DNA from: Kudoa neothunni
Lineage: Eukaryota; Animalia; Cnidaria
Length of the DNA: 64,000 nt
Assembly: GCA_964304625.1 (NCBI GenBank)
Contig: OZ199839.1
Span: 821,616-885,615 of the forward strand
Reading direction: 5' to 3'
Shown: one piece after another, positions 54,816 to 64,000 of the stretch
How the letters are laid out: each line of letters opens with the position of its first letter
Numbering within the stretch: the stretch's first letter is position 1
The notes under the pieces: generated by a model
The model's database searches: none
The model's input: only the letters and a program-made list of their open reading frames with translations
What the model was told of the DNA's origin: nothing
Made by a program: the position numbers and the translations under genes

Positions 54816-56255
54816 CTCTTCAGAGACTTTGAGGTCAATTTGACCCCAAAACATAATTAAAACCAACATTACTCTTGGTGTACTCTTTAAAATTTCTCGG
54901 TTTTTTATCTATTTTCTTAAATTTTTATACAGTATATAATAATAAAATGAGTGGGGGAATAACTATAATAATAGTATGAAACAAAGTTTTACCCTCGAAG
55001 GACTTTTGGGGTCAAATTTACCCCGTTTTTATTTTACGATTATACTTTAAAAATTTTTAAAAAGTAAAGAAGTGATGTTTTATGAATTCTATGACTCATT
55101 CTTTTGTAAAATGATGATTAATATATCATTTAATCTGTGTTAATACCTTACCATTAATCTCGGATCCTGTTTGCCAATGATCACACGAAAAATGATATTT
55201 GGAGTTGATTGTTTTACTTGATAAGTTTAATACTACACATTTCTCACGCAAAAAGAAAACAGTTATATAAATTTTAAAAAATTTTGTCCGAATTATCTAA
55301 TTATTTGAACGATTCTTACATTTTTTCATGGATGAATTATACAATAGTATTTATTGCAACAAGAGCATGTGATTTGAGTTATTATTACCAATTCCCCGAA
55401 GACAATATTCACATCGACGTTTTTTTTCAGCTGTTCGGAAACTGTTAGTTTGGGTCCTTAAATAGGGTGATTTTGCTTTGGCGATTTTCTCTTTCAGTAG
55501 ATTTCGGTCCATGTGAGGTTTGTTGAGTGACAGCTTGTGCGATTTCCTTTAAAAATATTTTGAGCCGAGAACAGAAAGCACATCGGTGTGACGGTGTGAC
55601 ACCCGGGCTTAGAACCGTATGGAAATGGGTTCGAACCCGCCGGTGGTCAGACTCCTACTGCTTCCGTGTCGGCGGGTCTCTATCCCACATTTATGAGCTG
55701 TGGTTACAGTGTACGTTCGCTGTGGGGTGGGATGCATTGACAGCCAGATTTTCGTGAAATGGGGTGAACGTGAATAGGAGTTGGAATCTCCTATTCACAT
55801 CGTAAGGCAAGTAATTTGCAGGCCTCACAGAGCCAACATCTTTAAAGGGATAGGGTTTGGGGAGGTGGTCGCTCTGAGACGAGGATGTTTATTGGGTTAA
55901 AGTCCCACACTACCGCATAAGGATAAGGGACGGGATTTCATGTTACGTCCTGCGGTGCCTAAAGCGTAAATGGAATAGGTCTGACCAACCAGAATTATAC
56001 AACCTAATAAGTTGCGCCAGGGGTTTTACCTTGTAAACAAAAAAAAAGATTGTTGAAAAAAAAGTTTTTTATTGTTAATACATTTCTCGAGTTTTAAATA
56101 TTATTTTTTAAAATTAATATATAGTTAACTGGACTTTTTAGACGCATTTTAATCATTATTCAATGTCAATTTTTTCTGAAATAATCGCACACACAAATGC
56201 ATGAAATTGGACTTGACCAATTCAATTTGAGGCGCTTTTTTCTTTGTCGGAAGGG
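54816..56255. mobile_element. Non-coding piggyBac-derived relic hosting the SINE-like element
   Basis: TTAA|CTCTTCAGAGACTTTGAGGTCAATTTGACCCC; second palindrome GGGGTCAAATTTACCCC (~55008); candidate right end GTCGGAAGGG|TTTA. Confidence 0.55.
55579..56047 (+). mobile_element. tRNA-derived, highly structured SINE-like element (or Pol III ncRNA)
   Basis: GC-rich island; cloverleaf-like head (CATCGG/CCGGTG, GGTGT/ACACC, CTTAGAA loop, B box GGTTCGAACCC 55628-55638); multiple body hairpins; A-rich tail. Confidence 0.7.
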
Positions 56256-57258
56256 TTTAGATGAATTTGGTTTCTTGCTGTACAATGAAAGTTATTTTAA
56301 TCCATTATCGCGAATCAAATAAATGACTATTCTTATTTATGAAAAATCATGAATATCTTGTGTTTGTTAAATAAATATAAAATATGATAATAAATATGAT
56401 AATAAAAATGAAACATAGGATAAATATTTTTGTGTACCAACCAACCAACCAACCAACCAACCGATCGATTATAAATTATAATTTGTAAAGCATTCTCATT
56501 CGATGACGTTCGCATAATTTGATTGATCGAATCTTCTTCTATGGTTTCATTTATTTTCTGTTTTTTGGTCGAACTCCGATTTGTAATAACTCCGAGATTG
56601 TACTGTAATTAAAAAAATAATACCCGCATTAATTAGACATTAACTTTTCAATACTGATGCTAACTTACCTGTTTAAAAATTCCAAATATAAAAAAATTGT
56701 TAAATCTTTAGTTTTTAATGTATTTTTACGGAATACAATAAAATTATTTCAGATGATATTTGCGAAATCTAATGAGTTTTAAACTAATTTCTTAAAAGTA
56801 TTCCAAAATGAGTTTGTAATCTGTCTTTATCGCTCTCTAAGTTATTGGTACTTTATACAGAATTTATTTTTCGGAATAGTTTCAGTATGTTGCGTCGATT
56901 TAAACCAACACAATGACTGTTACCATTAATCTATATTAAGTTAATGTTAATGTCAGTTAAAAATGCACGAACGTCATTATTAATGACCAAATCTCGTATA
57001 TTTGGGACTCAGACATCGTATATATTTTTTAAACCTGTTTTAAATATTTTATTTCGGACTAACTACCAACTTCTTAAGCGACAGAAATAACCAACCATAT
57101 TAAAAAGTAGACAAAATAGATAAGATTTTTTCGAATTAATAAACACTCTCTTAATTAATCAGGGAAAATACGCAGCTTTTGATAAGGATAATTGGAATGC
57201 GCTTAGATACAAATCAGCAAACCCAATCACATACAACACATTGAAAACAAACCAAAAA

Positions 57259-58130
57259 CTATAAACGTTTAAACACTTTGTTGGCCAAAACCTTTTTCAA
57301 AACAGCAAGTTTTTCCTCCTCACGTTGGATCATCCTATCTGTAATATTGGAGTACATTAACCGTATTTTCTTTTTAAATTCATCATTTGAACTTTTTGAT
57401 TTCCTAATAGATTCATCGTTAAACCACCGACTTAAATATTCATCTGGAGCGGCCGTAGAACATGACATTTCAACAATTTGTTGAGAGAAATACCTACTTC
57501 TACAAAGCATTTTTAATGTCAAATCAAATCCGCCGAATTATTTATACAATCTAATAATGTCATCGGACGATTCTCCCGCCACAAATAAATCCTTTGGAAA
57601 AACCAATGATGCAACTGGCGATTTCGTCACATTATTATCGACCACTTGTAGTTTGGGGCGTGTCTTAAATATTTTAGATTCGACCAATTTTCTCATGATA
57701 ATATCTTCAATGGAACCATTAATTTCTAATTAAACATAGATTTAATTCGATATTAGGAATAATTAGAGGTGAAAACAGGGACCAGCTCCCAATAAATAAT
57801 AATTACTCTCTTTTTGGTAGGGCGTATCCTTCATCAATAAATCGGAAAGATCAGACAAGCAACTATCAACTAAAATAACCATTTTTATATTTCATAATTA
57901 GGAGAACAATTACGTCCAGGATTTGGAATATTTCTCTCGAATAAACAACCATTTCCATTGTCGTAGACTTTCGACCGGGCTTTTTTTAGAGAGGAGTAAT
58001 CCACCTGAACTTTCTTCTCCAATATCACATCATTGTACGATTCGTACGTACGATTGGAAAGTGCTGAGGTATCGGTGAGATAGCTGGATTGTGGAGGGTA
58101 AAATGATGAGCCTCCAGCACCCCTCGACAT
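57259..58130 (-). CDS. Unknown protein, about 4 exons, basic coiled-coil C-terminus (weak ALMS-motif resemblance)
   Basis: ORF 57885-58130 and ORF 57259-57522 can be joined through GT-AG introns (e.g. AGATT|GTATAA...TTTGTAG|AAGT); C-terminus EFKKKIRLMYSNITDRMIQREEEK. Confidence 0.6.
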
Positions 58131-58594
58131 GAGTTTTCAATATAACCTAAACTTCTTCGGCTAACCTCGGTCAATCAAACCGACGGCTTTCTTTCTATTT
58201 CACCTACAAATCTATGGTTGTGTATAGTTGATAATTGTGGGGTTTGATTTAATTTCATATAGTGCTTGACATTATACGTGTATCTAGGATTTATCATTTA
58301 TTTTAATTTGATGATTACAGTGAGATAAATGGTTCGAATGTGATAAATTGGCAATAATTTTTGCGCCAAAATTATCACTATAAAAATACTAAAAAGAGAA
58401 GATAAAATAAGAAAGGGTAGCATGGCGTAAAATATTTGATTGGGAAATCGGATTTATTTTAATCTTGTTTCGATTATCCAGTCACCAACAGTCAGTCGTT
58501 ATATTGATGACTTTTTTTGAAATGCTTAATTAAATTGAGAATTTCTTAAATTAAACATATTTTGAAAGACGCTTCGGTATTTGTAATTGCTCGG

Positions 58595-61500
58595 TCAGCA
58601 ATAATAGAAGGAATTGTCTATTTGTACTGTACGCCGAAATGTAATCCGCCGATTGTCGATTGTCCTTCCACGAATAATTACAGAATTTGAGGACAATCTT
58701 TTCGTTATTTTAAAAAATAATAGTTGAAACGTAGGCGAATAAATGGTGATAGTGGCCTTTTTGGTATAGGTTATTTGTATGGAAAATTTTAATCTTAATT
58801 GGGAGTGGCGCATGCGCATAATTAAATTATAAATTTTATCTAGAATTTACATTATAGAATCTTTCATATTTAATTGCTTCTGACCCACTTTTACGTTTTT
58901 AGATGTTAGGTGTTAGAAATAATTAAATATACACAAAAATAATGATATTTGAATGTAATTTACCTTCCAAATAGGCATTTTCTATTGTTTTATCGAGAAG
59001 TGAAATAATTTTTTAACCAAATCAATAAAATAGTAGGAAAACAGAAATGATAATTCTGTGTGATAAAGCAAAATGTTTGGGTAAATTTGATAAAACTCTA
59101 ACTTCCGCACGCTGATTCAATAGAGGATGAATAACAATTGTTTTCCGTAATCTTGTTCATTGCTGATAGCTAGTTTACTTCTTTTTATATGCAAATATTT
59201 TGGATATCACGCAAACCCAGGAATATTTCATCGATATTTAACAAGAATATTATCAAATAGGTTTAGTTGTATGTCTGAAAAAGAATTAAATGAAAAAATT
59301 AATTTAAAATTAAAGAAAATGGTAAAGAAGGAAAATATCGTTTTAGATGTTGATACATATTTATCCTAAGATGAAAAAAACAAATTCTAACTTCCAATTC
59401 ATGATAACATTAATTGCAATGAATAACCAATAAGCAATAATCAGCCAGGAGATAATATATTGTTTTAAATAAATTTCCCTTTTATTTTTGTGTACATCAT
59501 TGGTTTTTCTGGAAAAACGTATTTTTATTTCCATCCTTAGGAAATATTACGATGTTGACATTGAACACTGCGTTTTAGATTATTGAGATTAATGGACATA
59601 AATCGGCAACGTTTTCTCCCCCACTTTGAAAAATAATAGGTTTAATATTTAAATCGTGAATTTTTAATTATTTTTTTAATTCAATGATCAAATAAAATCT
59701 TGGGTGTATTATATCCGAAAAAACATTGGAAAAATTCCATGGAAAATAAAAGAATCAAATTATGCTGATGAAATGAAATTTACAAATGAAGCTTTTGAAT
59801 AATTTAATTATGTTAAAATTTCTTAATAATGTAGAAAGGCAAAATTTTGGATATAGAATCAAACTAATAACTACATAAGTATCATCTAATTGAAAAGTGA
59901 ACGAATATATTATAAAAATTGACTTAGAATTTAGCTGCGGCATTTTTTTTTCTAAATCTATGTAAAAGAGCGGATACATAATGTTACAATTTTGTATGTG
60001 AAAACTCTTAAGGTAAAGTGATTATTGACTTTAAAAATTCCGCCAAGAAAATTATCTTAATTCATATTTGTAACTTTTAGTTATGAATAAAAAATATGTT
60101 ATCGTGAAATGTTATGCTGAACTTCTACCTCAATAGTATTAGGAGGGTTCTAATATTCTAATCGCAGATGGTTTGGATTCATTTACTATAAAATTATTCG
60201 ATATATTTTATTTCCACATAGGTTTTTGATTGGATTTTCATCCAAGTTTAATTAATGAACATTCAAACCAGATTGAGTATTAAAAATAGGCGTCGCCAAT
60301 AATTAAAATAGCTTAATGTAATATGCTAGAAATCAACACTTCAATAGTTTAAGGTAAATAGCTAATTGTCTAGTTACTAAAAAAGGAAAACCACAAGTTT
60401 AAGACTATCAAAATCTGAAAATCCAAGATTTACTTTAAACGACATGAGCAACAATTTTATGGCAACTAAAATCTACGAAAAGACTAAAAACAGGTGCGAG
60501 TAACGTAGTACTGACCGATGTTATTAAAAATCGTTATCTTCAACTTTTTAAAATAATTGTATTATAACTTTTGAGAATGTGATAGAAAAACCATGTTTGA
60601 ACCTATGTCAGAAAACTGTTTGATGATAGTCTTATTCAATGAGAATTTCTTTCAAATGATCGGGTGTATACCTTAGAATCGAAATAGAAATGCCGAGAAA
60701 ATTGTACGACAATATTCTGTCAGCTGGTATACGAATCACCTATTGATATTACATACCAAAAGTTAATTTACGCCGATAAGAGCCCATTATTCCTCCATTT
60801 GCTACGTGCTTTTCTTAGATTTTTGTTTGAGGCAACTCTAAAGCCAAATGTGAAAAATAACCGATGTCCAATCATAACTATAAATTACAGGAAGTAATCT
60901 CTTGTGTGCAGTTTTTCTAAACATATCTCATCCTTTATAAATATTAAGTAATAAAAATTATAATTTCAATTTTATGACATTTTAAGAATTAAAATAATAT
61001 AACGAATGGTCAGAGTAAAAAAATTATGCGATAAACCAGTTTTATGCAGGTTTTCAGGTGAATATTGTTAATTAATCGATATTTTTTTATTCTAAGTGGC
61101 TATGAAGAATAAGTTAAAAGCATGGATTTTACTGAAAAAAATTAACAACTTAATAAAATAGCCTTTTCATATTCAAAGATGAAAACTACTATCTTTCCAC
61201 AATTTCACATTCCATTAGTTTACTTACGCTTTACTAATATTCAAAAATAAAGCGGAATTATACAAGTATCTTTATATAAATTTTCCATATCGGTATAAAA
61301 AATTTTATCATGCGAAAAATGTAATTAGCCATCAGTTCCCCGACCATCGTCTAATAATTCATTGGTGAACTTTGATTCAATATCCTATTTAGTGAATGTA
61401 AATTGAATGGTGCGAAAGCATCTAAAATAATATTTTCGTAGATAATTTGGATACAATTGTATATTTACATCGAATAAAGGAAAAATAAAAAGTTTGGTTT

Positions 61501-61990
61501 CAACAAAAAAAATTAAACTTTAAGTAGCGATAAATTGTTAAGTATAACAATTTGATGAAAAGGTCTCTGATTTCAATTGTTCCACGTTCATTCGTTAGAG
61601 GAGTATATTGTTAAAATTAGCTTAAAAAAGCAAGGCTGTTTGCATTTTTTGGTATTAGTATAATTAGGATACGCTTGATGGAAAAGTTTCTAAATTTTTT
61701 ATAATTAAACATTTACAATCGTTGAATAAATACTTAGAGATGCCGTTCAGTATTTTTGAATTACCATCCGACATGAGGAAAAAATTAAATTTTCAGGATC
61801 AAGTAATTCCGTAAGATTGATACTTGTTAATTATTAGGGTAAAAATGTTTTAATGCATTTTCGATATAGAAAAATTTTTGCGGAAAATATGGAATAATCA
61901 AATATAACCTGAAGAACGACAGTTAAATTGAGAGAAAATACTTTCGGATAAAAGTCTAGCTAGATTTCACAACTATTAAATCATTTTTTA
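58595..61990 (-). other. Scattered coding-like segments, possibly downstream exons of the 62-63.5 kb gene or a pseudogene
   Basis: Short minus-strand stretches that read as protein, some next to AG/GT signals (INLTELLDPENLIFFLMSDGNSKILNG; VIRIPADRILSYNFLGISISILRY; ORF 58595-58819); no consistent spliced frame established. Confidence 0.3.
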
Positions 61991-62086
61991 AAAATTAATT
62001 TAGAGGTATCTAAACTGCTCCTGTATTTGTTTCAACTAAGTCATCACTACGATTAAATTAATCCATATTTCAATATGCAACTATTA

Positions 62087-63502
62087 CCCCCAATAAAACA
62101 ACCTCTGGATGGTTTGGAGTTATAATTGTGTAAGCATTGAAAGATCCCTGTATTCCTTCGAATAACGGATCATTATCAGCACATGGTTCACTATTATCAT
62201 TAAAGCAATTTGACGATTTACCATCCTTGTCGTATCTGCCCTCATTATTTGTAGTGTAGCATTTGTCTATACAAATATAATTTTAATATAAATTATTATC
62301 TACCTTCTACTTGAAGTTAAAGCTAAAGTAAATCTCTTTTTTTCTATAACGGCGTTAGCACAGTGACATAAAAACCCTGCCAATGATTCACTCTCTGAGC
62401 GTGATATCACGTAAACATCAAATATACATTGTTTGGCATTAGATTCCTTGAAACAGCCGAGATTTTCGATTTCTTCCGGACACTCTGGAGGAGTTATACC
62501 CACTAATTTTTAGATTCTATGCTAATAATTAGAATTAATCGAACAAATTTACCAATTTCTTTAAAGTCACTAGGCATAGGTGGGTGCATTGCTCCTAGGT
62601 TAACTATTTCATATCGTTATATTTGCTACATAGAATTAACTACCCTTATTTGGTTTACTTGTATTAGGATGAGTATGAACAATTTGTGAAGGTGATTCTT
62701 TAATATTGTCACCGGATATTGTACTAGGAATAATCGGGTTTGACATAGATGGTGCTCCATTACTCTCTGCTTGAGTGATTACACCTCCGTTCGGTGGTTC
62801 TTGAGGAGCAATGGTGGTCGGATTGTCAGAAACGTGCCCTATTTTATTTGAGGGAGGCTTAATAACTGCGTTTGGATAGTCTTCAGATAGATTATGTCCC
62901 GGTTGGAATGTTTCGGGTTGCGCTGGACCGTCTGTTGCTTCTGATTGTTCCGGATATGCTGGCATTTCGGGTTTTTTTGTTTTTTCTGATTCAGTGGTCA
63001 CATCTGATTCTATTCCATCGCTTGAAGTATCTGGAGTTTTCTGGCCCAATTGGTGCCTCTAATTCTGTTGGTTTTTCTGGCTCATCGGTTTCATCCGAAA
63101 TATTTGGCTGTTCTGATTCAGTTGGATTTTCTGTCTCAGTAAATTGTTCAGGCTCATCTGGCTTTTCTGGTTCAGTCGGGTTTTCTGATTCTGTAGGATT
63201 TTCCGATATAGATGGTTTACCAAGTTCAGTAGGTTTCTCCGATTCAGGTGATTGTTCTGGTTTCGTTGGTCCAACCGATCTAGTTGTTTTTTCTGATCTC
63301 ATCGATTTTAATGGGAATGTAAGTTCCCGGCGCTTTTGATTTTTGTTGTATTCAAGGGCATTTGTATAAGTTGACAGTTGATCAATTACATTAGATCGGT
63401 GAATTTCAACATTTCATAGTTTGGATATTGAAATTTTGTCTTCTTTATGGTTTATGAATCCATCTCTTGCCCACTTATGATCATTTCTATACCATTTATT
63501 TT
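62087..63502 (-). CDS. Mucin-like Pro/Glu/Thr-repeat protein with a Cys-rich WSC-like domain (partial, disrupted)
   Basis: PTE(S/P)E(N/K)-type repeats (ORFs 62991-63302 and 62636-63049, joined by a frameshift at ~63040); 42-nt micro-exon 62553-62594; NLGCFKE...LCHCANA..FTLALTSNKCYT..RYDKDGKSSNCFNDNSEPCADND..G...NAY; in-frame TGA near 63415. Confidence 0.7.
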
Positions 63503-63593
63503 CTAAATAAACGATAAATTATTAATTTTTTAAATATGCTTTAAAAGTTTAGACGTTGAAACACTTATTTCATTCAGTTTCTCTTGTAGTCTG

Positions 63594-64000
63594 TGTCATA
63601 ATCCGAGAATCACGATCCCTCACAATAAAGAGGGAAGTCGTTCCCGGGTGGGAGACCCGGTGCAGACCGAGGGGAGGCCCACGCTACACGGAGATATAGA
63701 CAGACACGACTAAACTGGGAGGAATACCATCACTACCTTTAGTCTATTTTATTCCAGTTCTCTTTCTTTTGCGCGGCCTTAATCCCAAACTATAACAACT
63801 TGGCGACGAGGACCATTACTACTACTACTGCTACTATTACTGCTGAAAAAAAAATGAAAATTACGAGATACGATTCTTCTCAAGATATTCAATGCTGGAT
63901 TGAACAAGTCCGAGAATACTTCACTTTTGGTTCCATTGTGGATGAAACAAAACAAAAGTCGACAATTCTCCTCAATCTCAATCCCAATGAATACAAAGAA
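63594..64000 (+). mobile_element. Gypsy (Mag-like) LTR retrotransposon 5' end: LTR, PBS and gag start
   Basis: 204-bp LTR TGTCATA...TATAACA (63594-63797); PBS TGGCGACGAGGA (63801-63812); ORF from ATG 63854 MKITRYDSSQDIQCWIEQVREYFTFGSI..KSTILLNL open to the window edge. Confidence 0.88.

Noticed and set aside
55579-55646. Functional tRNA-Leu(UAG) gene
   Set aside because: Irregular acceptor and D-arm geometry, no long Leu variable arm, and it continues into a ~400-nt body with an A tail; better explained as a tRNA-derived head.
56436-56462. (CCAA)n run and other short microsatellites (TAG ~38918, ATT ~31935, AAT ~24460)
   Set aside because: Ordinary simple repeats, not telomeric arrays.
57538-57540. 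Apparent in-frame TAA in the unknown gene (possible readthrough)
   Set aside because: It lies in a GTATAA...TGTAG intron whose removal restores the frame.

Overview
Eukaryotic, very AT-rich genomic DNA with mostly short (about 40-100 bp) GT-AG introns. A compact animal parasite, possibly a myxozoan cnidarian, is suggested by a cnidarian-type WSC-like domain, but this is inference only. Host genes: SMC2 (-, 19 exons), PWP1 (+), RAB7 (+), VPS41 (-) head-to-head with MIPEP (+), an orphan type-I membrane protein with symmetric micro-exons (+), a small unknown gene (-), and a Pro/Glu/Thr-repeat plus WSC-like gene (-). Intergenic space and three long introns (2.5-3.2 kb) are filled with transposons: one apparently intact piggyBac with unusually long internal inverted repeats, at least six decayed piggyBacs, two Tigger/pogo relics and MITEs, a full-length hAT with a perfect 8-bp TSD, a Helitron, a GC-rich highly structured tRNA-headed element (SINE-like), and the 5' LTR/PBS/gag start of a Gypsy element. 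The most notable unexplained signals are the structured tRNA-headed element, a GCGC(A) motif just upstream of start codons in both host genes and piggyBacs, 5' splice sites depleted of +5 G, and micro-exon stalks in orphan surface proteins. Several genes carry 1-nt frameshifts at homopolymers, most likely assembly errors. I cannot point to one clearly new system; the findings are candidates.
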